Source: Chara braunii (Eukaryota; Plantae; Charophyceae). Taken from it: 64,000 bases of DNA. Below the pieces are notes generated by a model. The model was not told the origin of the DNA and searched no databases. It was given only the letters and a program-made list of their open reading frames with translations. Shown piece by piece: positions 1 through 12,800 of the stretch (positions are counted from its first letter, which is position 1; every line of letters begins with the position of its first letter). The stretch is from positions 2,156,371 through 2,220,370 of the forward strand of contig BFEA01000039.1 in the NCBI GenBank assembly GCA_003427395.1, given 5' to 3'. The position numbers and the translations under genes were made by a program.

Positions 1-1026
1 AGGATAGGTGGTACGAGGTAGAGGAGCTGCGTGGCCGCTATGGCGGAGTAGCGAAGGAGGGCGATGTCAGACATGGTGACCGTGGAAGTCAAAGATCTCG
101 TATGATATTTAACGGAATCAGGTGAGAAAGGTTGTGAAGTGGAGGATTTGATACAGGGCGAGTTGACTCTCGGTGTTAGATTAGTGGTAAGAGTGTTGGT
201 ATTGACGCAGGAGAATAGAAATGCTCCGCAACAACATTGGGGAACGACGGTGACGATTTTGGGATCGCTCGCCTCGGCTGTTTCCCGACGAGTTAAGACA
301 GGGAGAGGTGATCTCTAGAAATGTGAAGGATGGGCGACTCGGGTGGTGGGATCAGATCTGGGAGTGAGAGTGAGGCTATAGGACTGTGAAGATCTCAAAC
401 TAAGCGTGAGAGAGAGTGAATGGAAGGGGAAATGAACTTACCCGGGTCCTAGTAGAAAATTAATCCTCAGCCCATAGGCCTGAAAAGTAGTGGGACGAAA
501 GCGAGTCAGGGTGGACACACTTACCTGACTGGCTCTATGACAGTCGGCATTGGAATGGGGATGGATTGCTTCGCAGTGCACTAATTATGACCCACGTTTA
601 AAGGCGGATGCGGGCTAGCCAGAGCGGTAACAAGGAGAGCCACGATGTCGGATATTGATCTGCCTGTTGGCCGAAATACGGCCTATCTTATCAGCTTGCT
701 TGTGCGAAGGGAACCAGCCACCGGGGCTTTAATCCTATCAGATGACCGGTGTGTTGTTCATCCTATTGGTCGAAGCGACAACAAGCCAGCTGCGGGATAT
801 GGCCTTGACAGCTAACTGGCGGGCTGTTTAATCAACTGCGGTTAAAGCAGTTGGGGACGAAGGTATAACAGGGCGGTTTTGGTTGTGCCTTGGCCTGCAT
901 ACCGCTGACAGACCCTACTCGGTTCTACTGAGTACATTGTCGGGCAGCATATCAGGCGGAATTGCCACTCCCATGTCTCTGTGCCAGTACTGAGTGGAGT
1001 GAGGGGACCGGTTGCTGCACAATGTG

Positions 1027-1062
<36 letters not shown>

Positions 1063-2029
1063 ACCTTGTAGCCCTGGACAATTGCGATCTTGGTGCTGTC
1101 CCTTGTGATCGATGTCTGAGTCACAACTTTAGTGATTGCTCGGAGTTAAATGTTGGTTTCTATCGAACTACAGTTATTTTTTTAAATTAGATAGTTGTCA
1201 AACATTCTACTCAGAATCACGGGGCTACTACGATACGGAAGCAGTCCGCAATACTGTTCATAGGAGTAGCTACAAACTGCGGCTGTCCCTGTTGACTGCT
1301 GCATACCATTTGAGTACCGCTGAGACCATAGCTGACTGACTGCAGTCCGCTATGCGACGGTGACTGGGCTTGGGGAAAGGTGGCTGCTGCCGCAGCTCAG
1401 TAGAATAGTGGCTGAGGAGGTTAGTGCTGTGATTCAGGAGGTCGGCAGGGAGTGGACGTCGACGATTGACTGCAGAGAGTTGACCAAGCTGACACACTGG
1501 CTGCCATTGCGGGGCCCTGAGGCGAATTAAGATATCAACGCCCTCTCCGGTGAGCTTGAGAGCACCCCTCATGTATCTGAGAGTCTCAAAACCATCTCTT
1601 CCTATCCTTCTTACTCTAAGTCTGGTCTTGTTCTGAGGGGAAGGCGGCAGGCGGGATTGCAACTCGTAGGACCGCATCAAGACTCTGTGGGGAGTCCACC
1701 CACCGATTGCGGGAGCTCTGCCGGAGCCTAGGCGAGGCTCTGGAGGCAGGGAACAGACAGGTAAACCATTACTTTCCCTCTATATACCCGAAGTTATAAC
1801 CCGTATTTTTATTACCAGATGCATCTTTGACTAAATATATGGTGATCAGCCCTATCTTATTTTTTGTTTGACTTCAGAAGACTGAACCAGACTAAATAAA
1901 GGAATGTTTGTGAAGTCTCAGTTTCAGTTTTGTTGTTTGTATGAACTCAGACTGTTAAAAGAAACTTCATTTGGGGGAAAGGCAGGATGGGGGTTTGTTT
2001 TGCTTGATGATTGACCGGGTCATTAAGGC

Positions 2030-2970
2030 TGGGGAGTCCCCATAAGTTTGGGGAACGCCAACGCTTTGTTTTATCTTGGTCTTGCATAGAGAAGTTAGAC
2101 CCTTCTATAAGTTTAGGGGGTCTCATTACTCTGAAGGCTGGGATGTCCCCATAAGTTTGGGGAGACCCAGTGATATGGTTTGCATGGAGGGTCAGGCTGT
2201 TCTGTAAGTTCAGGTGGCCTGATTGCTCTGACCTGTGAGGGGTTTGATTGTGCTTGACTTTCAGGGACTCAGGGTGCTCAATAAGTTTTGGTGTCTTGGG
2301 TTGCTTTGTTTTCATTGGGATTTTACTTATTTTCTTTGGTTTTGGAACGAGGAGACCGAACTGTTCTGTAAGTTCAGGTGACTCAGTCTCTTCCTGCTCT
2401 TTATTCTGAAGAATTAATCTTGGCAAAGAGGTAGACCCTTCTGTAAGTTCAGGGGGGTTGACTAGATGCCACACGCATAATGGCTCAGATAGAAATGAAT
2501 CTGGCAGAGAGTTAAGACCCTTCTGTAAGTTCAGGGGGTCTGGCTCAAAGCCTCGCACATGCTGGAACCCAATGGTTATAACTTGGCTATACTTTATTTC
2601 TACTCTATCTAAGAACGAGCTAATCAGACTGTTCTATAAGTTTAGGTGGTCTGACTATAGCCGTATCACAACTTGAAGAGAGTACAACTAAGAATATAAT
2701 TGATGGTAAACTGGGGAAGGCTGAAAGTAAGTTAGTTCAGTCATATGCAGCCTTAGAAGACAAGGGTAAAGATAAGTATATATAACTTGAATACTTTAAA
2801 CAGTCCTGGGCGACTAGAGTGGTCTAGTCATGTGCCCAAAGAAGAAAAAGTAGTTGTGCCATCTGTTTGTGTATATTTGGCCAAGTCAGAACGCTCTATA
2901 AGTTTAGGTATTCTGACTCTAGGCCTGGCTAAGTTGAGCTGTTCTGTAAGTTCAGGCGGTCTGACCTATC
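2030..2970 (+). repeat. Array of ~11 stem-loops with loop R-TAAGTT-Y in LTR A (also 10805-12020 in B and 34595-35345 in C)
   Basis: ATAAGTTT or GTAAGTTC is repeatedly flanked by self-complementary arms, e.g. TCCCC/GGGGA, AGACCCTTCT/AGGGGGTCT, TCAGGC/GCCTGA, AGTCAGAA/TTCTGACT. Confidence 0.8.
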
Positions 2971-3249
2971 CCTTATGTAAGCTGGGTATAATGGGTTAAA
3001 TCGTTGAGAGGTTATGAACTATTGTTTGTTCAAGTTGAGTTTGGGGATGATGAGAGTACTTACCTTTGTGGTTTGGCTTGCATGTGGCTGAGTGAGGCTA
3101 CTACTTGGTCTGAGTTTCAGTTTGATAGGTAGTCGCTTTAGTCGCTCGCCACGTGCTAGAGCCATAAGAGTTAGTTTCAATTCCTGCATTTTCTGAGCTA
3201 AGTTTTTTCTACTTAGGTCAATTCTTGCATTTTCTGGGATTTTTTCTTA

Positions 3250-4060
3250 TACTTGGCTTTGTATAAATCTTGCAAGGCACTTTCTCTACAGAAAGCGCTG
3301 CCGAAATTTCTACAAAGCCAAGGAGTTAGTCAAAAGTTTGGCTTGTCAAAGCTTGACTTGTCTTTTTATTATATCTGACTTCGTAAAAATCTGGAAAGCT
3401 TCGTTTTCTAAAGGGAGTGCTGCCCAAATTTTTACTAATTCGGGGAGTTAGTCAAATTTTTAAACTTCCCAAAGTTCAACCTGTCTAGATTTTATATATG
3501 GCTTAGTTAAAATCTGGGAAGTCTCATTTTCTAAAGGGAATGCTCCCAAATTTTTGCTAATTCAGGGAATTAGACAAAATTGAACTTTGGCAAGTCAAGG
3601 TTGCTCTCAAATTCTGAACTTAGCTTTGTGTAAATTTTGGATCGACACTTTTTTAAGGGAAGTGTTGCCGAAATTTCTGCAAAGCTAAGAAGTTAGTTGA
3701 ATATTATCTAAAGTTGAACTCAGATTGTCTTTTGAGTTCATATCTGACTTAGTATAAATATGGAAAAGTCTCCCTTTCTAAAGGGAGTGCTGCCCAAATT
3801 TCAACTATTTAAGGAAGTTAGGCAGAATTTGACTTTCTAGAGTTAGAAATTATTTCTGCTTTATATCTGACTTAGTATAAATCTGGAAAGCCTCTCTTTC
3901 TAAAGGAAGTGCTGCCCTAATTTCTACTATTTCAGGGAGTTAGACAAAATTTTGATTTTCCGGAGTTAGTAATTGTTTTGTTTTTTTATCTGGACCCATC
4001 TAAATACTGGAAAGACACTTTTCCTACGGGAAGCGCTGCCGAAATTTTCTAAGTTAGAGG
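3250..4060 (+). repeat. ~120-bp tandem repeat (~7 units), each with a ~70-nt fold-back; fewer units in B (12315-12730) and C (35630-35950)
   Basis: Recurrent GCTGCC(G/C)AAATTT...GGAGTTAG. Arms CTTGGCTTTGTA (3252-3263) and TACAAAGCCAAG (3311-3322). Confidence 0.8.
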
Positions 4061-6831
4061 AGATCGATTATATATTGACAGGTGACGATTTTGATAGTCC
4101 ACTCCGACTAAGGAAAAACTACCGAATTGTTTAGAGGTAGGTTTGGAGATAGTTAACTAAGAGGATTTGGGTAAGATCAGGATATGAAGATTGTTTCCCG
4201 TGAACTTATAGGTTTAACCTGGAACATTGATCTCTCATGTGTTACAGGTCTTTTTGATCGTTTGATTCAAGTGCAGGACTAGACTCAGCTTGATCCCTTG
4301 AGGGTCGTCATCTGTTATCACTGATAACAGGTCGGTTGCTGATTCGTCGGTTTACGACTGAATTCCAGCTCACCCTCCACACTCAACCTAAAAGGCTTTA
4401 GCCCTGATGACTTCTTTTTGTTTTATTATGGTTTCACCCAGACTTTTATTGAATGACCATCTAACAAAGGTACTGAGTACTTAATTAAGGTTGGTTGGAC
4501 AGGAGGTTAGGGCTTGCATGGTTAAAGCAAGGGGTGTGAGTGTTGAAGATGGTTGGGGTAGACTTCGTGTAGTGTTTGGGCTGCCGATTGACTCGTTGAT
4601 GTGAATTGCAGGTATGTGCTAGGAATCAGATTCTGAATTTAGTTGCCTGCGATCACATATGTGCGCATGGCTGTGAGGGACTCCAATAAGACAATGAGAA
4701 GTGATCGTCGCATGTTTCCCCCTTATATATATATATATATATATATATACATGGGTGTACGTAGGGTGAATGTCTGCATGGGTTAAGGGGCCCAGTACAA
4801 AAGGGGATACCCAGAAGGTAAAACTGAGAGACCCAGGGATGACCTCTCCGTTTATTTTTGCTTTGCTTTTTGAGGATTCTCTTAGTCGGACGTTGGTCCT
4901 GGGTCGGGATTCAAGGTCCTTGTCCAGGACATCCCAAGCCCTAGGCTCTGCAGGGGAGGGGTTTTCCCTCACGGAGAGCCTATTTGCCTTGCCTACCGAG
5001 ACGCTCAGACCAAGGGCCGGAGGTCTCGTAGCAGCTGCACAACTATTCCTTCAGCCGTGCAATGTCGTGAAGGGTTAGACCCTCACGACACTTCGAGTCT
5101 GACACTTGAGTGTCATAAGCGGTACTCGGATCCACGAGGGACCCCTTGATTATGGGCACTACATAGTACGCCATCATCGCGACTGCTTGCGCACGCTTGC
5201 ATTGCGAGTCGATATGCGATAGCCCTGCGTCCGCGCGGTTTTATATTAAGTCTCATGCGCGATGCCTATCCGAATTCCGCATTGGAAAGTTATGGGACGA
5301 CCACCGAGGGGCTAGGAGCGTTGTCGCGTTGCTTGTGTGATGTCGTTTCGTAAGTGTGTGTGTGTGTGTGTGTTATTTTTGTGTTCGTAAAGTGGTGTGC
5401 GCGTGGTGTGTGCGATGCGTCCTAGTCGACCGACGATGAACCGCGCTTGGGACCTCAGCCCCCCAAGGTGCCGGTTCGTGTGCGGATCCGATAGAGGCGT
5501 ATTACCGCGCGTACCCCCTATGCTACAGCGAACGAAAAACGCCCTCGGCTGGTCCACCTCTGTGATTGCAAATGATTAGCTTTCGTACTCTCGACTGGTA
5601 GCTCGACAGGGATACGCCTACCGAAGAGAGGTGACAACTCCCTTAAGGTGTAGGTAAGTCGTGCCTCACGTAGGCCCTATCCTGTCGTAGGGGCTCGCGA
5701 GAGGTACGGCTGGCGCATTCGGCCGAAGCGGCTTGCGGAAGCTCTATACATATATTTGCGACAAAGGAATTAAACCAACTCCTGCGTGACGCGGCCGGGA
5801 GGGTCCCGCGCTGCCTCGTGTGGTGCAGGACCGATGCGCTCGACAAAGTGAGGGGACCACGACCTTGCGGATCTGGCGGTGATTCTTTTTGGGATATTGG
5901 AGAGATTGTCGTATTCTCTCTGTGTTGTCCCACAGAGGGTTTGTAAATGCCTTTTATGTGTGACAGACCTTTGCGTACGTCCGCAGTAGGCCTGTATTGT
6001 TGCGACACCGCATCGAGCCACTTGTGCTATTCTTGGGGCATCTATGAGAGACCCAACTAGGGGTATAACTGGCATCACTGAGGCGCAACCCTCAGTGTTG
6101 GCTGCTGATCAGCGCAAACTGACAACGGGCCCACGTCTCGCCAGAAGGGGTAAAGACTTAAAAGGGTGTGGCCACCCAACAGGGTTTTACTTGCCGCGGG
6201 ATGGCGTGGGATAAGAGTCGAGTCTTTTTGGAGTCCTGATTGAATATTTATCAGGAGGAAAAATCTATCGTGGCGCAATCTGCGAGGGCACTACCGCTAA
6301 AATAACAAACGCGGTGGGCTGTAGATTTCACACGATCACCCAAACTAAGATCGGTCAAGATGGAGACCTTGCCCTTCTGTATTAGACTGCAGGAGGTGTG
6401 TTGAGATAAGATTTATATATATATGTTTGATTGTGAGAATTATTTGAGGGAGGCGAGAGTGCCTTCTAAGGTCTCGGCTAGGGTCCCCGTCCCTCGTTAT
6501 GGCCCTGCGTGCACGGTAGAGACTAGGGACACTTAACGAGAAGCTGGCATTTGTCTAAGACAAAGGAGAGAGGACAGTTGAGGAATCCATTTTAAGACTT
6601 ATGATGTAGTATAGCGATGAGTATCCCACTGTTCTAGTATCAGGAAAATGGAGGTCCAGGTTGGAATCCTGGCTGCATAAAGTTATGTACGGGTTGATGT
6701 AGACCTCGAACCTAAGTCTGTCGGCTGATCGGATTGGTTCCTTTCTCGTCAGCACGTGGAGTTTCGGATGAATTCATAGCTTTCTGATTTGGCGAAGCAA
6801 CGTCCTCGTCGCTTAATATGGTCCGGTAAGT

Positions 6832-9800
6832 TGTCGGTGCGAATACCCTTACAAGGGTATCCACCCTGTTTTTTGCAAGCAACTGAAAATAAGTTTGGTT
6901 TAAAGTTTAGGTATACCGTGCGAGGCGAGGCTGCGTCTGTAGTTTAGGTTGACTGGATGGTTGACTAACATAAAGAGTGTGTGGGCGCCCAGATTTGAGG
7001 CGCGCGTGATCTTTTTATTTATTGATGATTGAAGAACCGTCGTGATCGTTGGTCGGATTTTTATTTTTTTTTATTAAGTTAGGGATTAATTGGATTATGT
7101 CTCGACTGATTGAAGCGCTTGCTTGTGACTTGTGCATACATGTGGAGAACGACATTGACAATGAGGCGGCCTTGAAGTCTTCTCAGTAAGGTTCGCGTGT
7201 CGCATAGTATCCATTTTATTTAGTTGCCTGTGATAACTAGACCGAGCTTTGGGCCTAGCACTATTGGTTATGGTGTCGGACTTTCAACGGGGAGATTTAG
7301 GGATCAAGATCGAGCGAGGACGACGCGGGGATATCAGAGTAGCTAGGAGATCGAACGGTTGAGGGTCCGACATGACTATCCCCCTTGGTTTTGCCATCGA
7401 CAGAGTCAAGTCCTAGGTATTTTAATAGTTTTATTGTCGTCTTTATTTATTTATTATTTGGCTCCGACATTTCTTGACTTCAACGCAATCCTGGATTTTG
7501 GGGACATAACGACGGTCGAGAACCTTGAGCGCCGGCCTTCCTTGGTTAACTTACGGGTTCCAGTGTGTTTGGGATGTTGGCGAGGTTCCTTTATCTTGTC
7601 CGCCTTGGGAGCACGGGCTGAGGAATTTAATATGTATGCGAGTCGACGGGTGATTAGCCCACGAGGATAAATAAAATTTGAGTAGCGTGAGGCCTTAGCA
7701 GACGTACCGCCCACCAGCGGCAAGTCTGTTGTGAAAGGGTTGAGCGTGTGCCTGTAGATGGGGTTACAAAAGATAGCGGGCCGTGCCTGGGGCACGGTGA
7801 GACGGCCGCTGTCCACCTGTGGACCCACCTCTACGTCGGTCTTTAAAGTTCTCATTCAATATTTGCTACTACCAACAAGATCAGCACCGGGAAACAACTT
7901 TACCCAGTGCTGGAGGCTCTGTGCCTGCCTACTTTGCACGAAGTTGGAGTCACGGTGACCAGGAGAGGAGGACGATATTGGCCTGTAGCATTAGGACCAA
8001 GCTTGTTCGAAGGGGTCGATCACTGTACCTCCCCTCTGGTCCTCTCCCCCTATGAACGTTAGCAGTCTCCGCTCAATGCTGTTCAACGGGGACCAACGGC
8101 GTATCTTTGGATAGCTGGGCGCGAAGTTACCCACAAAATACCTTCTGACCGTAGGCGGAAGGTGGAATGCTATGACGGGGCCGAGAGGTAGATGTTGGGT
8201 TGGCTCATATGAGGACGAGTGGAGCCGGCAGAAATGTTGGAGAGCAGAACTTCGGGCGGACTTAGGCATAGGGGCAAGACAGTAACCGAACTATGAGGTC
8301 GCTGGTTCCCTTGGAGGTCCTGGCGCTGGATAGTTAAATTCGGCCGCTATTGCAGGTCGCACCAACGCAATAGCGAGCGTGACGAACGTAGTGAGGAACC
8401 CGTGAGTGAACCCGGATGAAAATTTGTGTCGGGTGCTCTTGCAACGTCGAGGGAAAGAACAACTATGGTAGATAGATAAAAATCGATGATCCCACGTGTT
8501 GCTGAATGAAAACGGGCGGGGAAAGAGCTGATCGTGGTTTTTTTGGCTTAGGCGAATTCAATCGTTCTGTTAGATTTAGTAGTAATTTAGTGGTTTGGTT
8601 AGGATAGGTGTTAGAGGGTGCGTGAATGCAGCAGGGGTGATGGAGTTGGCTATGGAAGGAGACGTTATCTCACTCGATTCTGAACAGAATCGGGCAAGGA
8701 AAGATGCAGGTCGGGGGTTTTAGCGGTGGGCGATCTAGATTTTTAGGTTAGATTTGGACAAGGACTAGCGAATTAGGAGTAAAGAGGAACGTGCCTGCGT
8801 GCAAGCTATGGAGGAGGTAGTTAAAAGAGGTTGAATCTCGGTCGTTCTTTGATGGATTGCGACAAAATAAAAGTCTACATAGAGCCTGATAGAGGTTTTC
8901 GGGGTAGGCGACCCCGAATATGATCTTAGTTTAGTTAGGAAGTTAGTGGGAGATGAGTTAGAGAAAGAAGAGGTGCGCGAGTAGAGTCGGGTGGAAGAAG
9001 AGAGAGTATGGCGGGGGTGAAAGGTACGATTTGCCACCCGATTCTCCATGGAAACGAGTCAGAAAACATGCTAATCTTGGGTCTTTGGCCATTACGAATT
9101 AGATGGGAAAGACTAGTTTTGAAGATGGAGCGTAGGATCGAATGCTATGATGAGTATAGGCTGCGCCAGGGGAGTAGGTTGTTATTGCATAAGTATGGAA
9201 TAAACCTACCGTCATTCTAGGGAAGATTCATTCCGATTTTTATCGCAGATGTAGGGTGAACTTACCTGACTAAGTCGACTAGTGTTTACGAAGAGGCATG
9301 CTTGTTGAAACTCCTGCGACAAAGAAGTGCAAGATTGCACCCTCCTGTGTATATTATGAGACAGAACGAGCGAACCGGTATGAGGGGCTAGGCATATCGA
9401 TAAAGGGGGTCGAGATGAGAGAAGAGAGGGAGAAGGAGCCATGCACACTTACCTGACCGCATCTGATGAAGCCCCGACGGAGGATGAAATTTTGTTTTGT
9501 GCCTTGGCTAGCAGTCAGGAGGGGCTGCTCACGGGGTGCAGCTGTGCTTGCTGCCACACCCACAGCCGGGTTGATGCTGTCCGTGGTCACTGATCGTTTG
9601 GCAGACTAAGACATGCAAGATTAAGTATGAATGTGCTGCGCAGTCAAACTGTGAATGACTCGATCCGGACTTGTCATTTAGTTACCCGTATTCGGCCAAG
9701 GTCGTGGGCAGATTCGGAAGAGTGGAGTATCAACAGGAAAGAGAGGGAGAGAGAGAGAGATGTTTACAGATAATCGAGTGGGTGGATGTGGTTGACTGAG

Positions 9801-12800
9801 GAGGATCGTGTGGTGTACTTACGTTGTGCCGCTGGAGCTCCTCCGGAGACATGACTGGCGATGCGAGATGAGTCTTAAATCAGGCTACGGTACCAGACTA
9901 CATGGCAAGGTTGAAGACTTGCCTGTTCATCGGTGCGCCGCATGGCNTCTAGGTAGAAGTAACTTTGGTACAGCCACGCTGTTCGAGACTGATCTGATGA
10001 CCGGTATGCTACTCATCCTGTCGACCAAGATAGAGCGAATCCAGCCACGAGTTGGGTGCTTGTCGGTGTTTGGTGAGGGCTGCACAACCAGATACGGGAT
10101 ATTTGGGACAAGTGAGCATTGAGAAAGGGGTTGCAGGCATGGTTAGTTTCCGGTGTATTATTCCTCTCACCAGCCTGTGAGAGAGGGAAGACCAGTTGTG
10201 ACAATGCAGATTTAGCTATTAGCGACTGCACCGGTCGTCCATCTGTACAAGGTGGATGGAGGTCAACGGTCAATGGTATGGCTTCAGTTTGACCAGACCT
10301 GTTGGCCACCATTGCGGGGCCCTCATGCGCATGAAGGTACCAAGGCCCTCTCCTGTATCTCGAGAGTCTGAAACCCCTCCTTCTGCCCTTCTTAATCTAA
10401 GTCTAGTTCTGTTCTGAGAGGAAGGCAGCAGGCAGGATTGCAACCCGTAGAACCGCAACAAGACTCTGTGGGGAGTCAGCCCTCCGATTGCGGGAGCTCT
10501 ATCAGAACTAAGGAGGAATCTTGGAGGCAGGAATTTGAAAGGCAACCATTGCTTTCCTTGTATAAACCTAATTATAACCCATAATTGTAGTCATAACTAT
10601 GTTTGACTGAGTATGTTGCCTGTCTCCTTATCTTGACTTTCAGTTTGACTTTCATGACACAATTCAGACTAAGTAAAAAAATGATTGTGCAAATTCAATT
10701 TCAGTTTTTGTTGTCTGACTAAAAGCAGATTGTGGGATTGCATCTGGGGGAAGGATGGGAGGAAGGCAGTATTGCGTCTGTTTGACCAGGTCAACCTAGG
10801 ATTGGGAGAGTCTCCATAAGTTTGGAGGGCTCAGTGCTATGTTTATTTTGATTGTTTGACGGAAAAGACATGTTACCATAAGTTTGGGTGGTCTGGTTGC
10901 TTTGACTTGCGAGGGCTGAATGTGATTGCCTTTTCAGGGACCAAGCATTTTTTCATAAGTTTGGATTATTTGGTCACCTTATTTTTTTTTGGTTTTCTTA
11001 TGTTTATTAGTTTCTTCTTGTTTTATTATGAAAAGAAAGCTTAGGCGACAGACTCGACAAGTTCATATAAGTTTGGGAGGTCTGGTCTGAAGCCACGCAC
11101 ATGCTGTAACTAAAAGGCCAGATTTATTTATATCTTATATTATTTTACTTATGAACAAGTTAGTCAGACATTTTTTCATAAGTTTGGATGGTGTAACTAT
11201 AGTTTATCATAATTGAAGAGAGTACAACAAAAAAATTCCCATGAGAATTGAAAGTTGAAAAAATATTCCATAAAAAAAAGATCCTTCATATTTATATATT
11301 ATCATTCCAATGTTTGTTCAATTCTTAAAATTTCCAATTTAATTTGATAAGTTCCCGTCTAAATATGAGTTTTCTCCTCCAACTACATCTATTTGTTCAA
11401 GATGGAATGAAAGTCTGGACGAGTTTATGAAATGTTTTAGTTAGACTTTCGTTCTATTACAAAAAATATCGTTTAATTTAGATAATATTAACTTATTTAT
11501 GACGGAAAATCCTTACTTAGAATGGCAGTCCGATTAAAATATTTCATGAACTAATCCAAACTCTCATTCCATCTCTAGCATGCAGTTCAAATAAGAAGGG
11601 ATACCCCATTCTTAGAAGGAAAGTTTTCAAGTAAGATGAAAAATTTTAAAATTGGAATTAAATTTTTTAAGATGGAATGAAAATTTAAAATTTAGAATGT
11701 AATTTTATTCTAGAATGATTATTTAATTCTGGAAAAAATTTATGTTGTATTAATTAAGAATAAATATGTGGTAAGAAGAGGCAAGCTGACCCTCAAACTA
11801 AGTTGATCGGTTAGGTCATATGCCTCCTTACAAAATTAAGGGCGGATATATATATATATATATATCGTCAAATATATATAATTTGGATACTTAAACAGTT
11901 CAGAGCGACTAGAGCGGCCTAGTCATGTGCCCAAAGGAAAGAAAAGTTGTTGTGCAATGTGTTTGTGTATATTCAATGACTGAGTTAGGCAGGTTCCCAT
12001 AAGTTTGGGTGATCTAGCTTTATGCCTTATGTAAGCTGGGTAAAAGGGTATAAATCATTGAAAGATTATGAACTATTGTTTGTTAAGAATCGTAAGATGA
12101 CTTTGGGGGTGGGGAGAGTACTTACCTTCGTGGTTTCGCCGTCATGTGACTGAGTAAGGCTACTACTTGGTCCGAGTTTCAGTTCGATAGGTAGTTGCTT
12201 TAGTTGCTCGCCACGTGTTAGAGCCATTGGAGTTGGTTTCAAATTCTTGCATTTTCTGAGATAAGTTTATTTTTACTTAGGTCAATTTCTGCATTTTTCG
12301 GTATCATTTATTATACTTGGTCTTGTATAAATCTTGGTAAGCCACTTTCTTTACGGGAAGCGCTGCCGGAATGTCTACAAAGCCAAGGAGTTAGTCAAAT
12401 TTTGTCTTTTCAAAGTTCAAATTTTTTTGACTTTTTTGCTTCGTAAAAATCTGGAAAGTTTTTTTTTTCTATAGCGAGTGCTGCCCAAATTTTTGCTACT
12501 TTAGGGAGTTAGACAAAATTAGACCTTGAGAAGTCAAAGGACAAAATTAGACCTTGAGAAGTCAAAGTCATTTTAAATTCTAAACTTAGCTTTGTATAAA
12601 TATTGAAATAACACTTTCTGTACGGGAAGCGATGCCGAAATTTCTACAAATCTAAGGAGTTATTATAAATTCTGAGAAGACACCTTTCCTATGGGAAGCG
12701 GGGACGAAATTTTCTTAGTTTAGAGGAGTTCGATTATATTTTGACAGGTGACAATTCTGAAAAATTCACTCTGTATAGACGATATTTTGCAAGGGTCTAC

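Larger units (their letters stand above)
1..5845 (+). mobile_element. Giant LTR copy A (subfamily 1), 5' ~1.8 kb lies outside the window
   Basis: Colinear with 8600-14566 and ~32100-37751. Ends GATGCGCTCGACA at 5845, like copies B and C. No PBS follows it. Confidence 0.8.

Noticed and set aside
5846-5866. PBS after LTR A, making A-B a paired element
   Set aside because: AAGTGAGGGGACC lacks TGG and any tRNA match I recognise, and A and B are too divergent; A more likely inserted into B's internal region.
9460-9495. CTGATGA...GAAA hammerhead candidates at ~9463 and ~32515
   Set aside because: Stem II does not form in the correct register, and no stems I/III were found.
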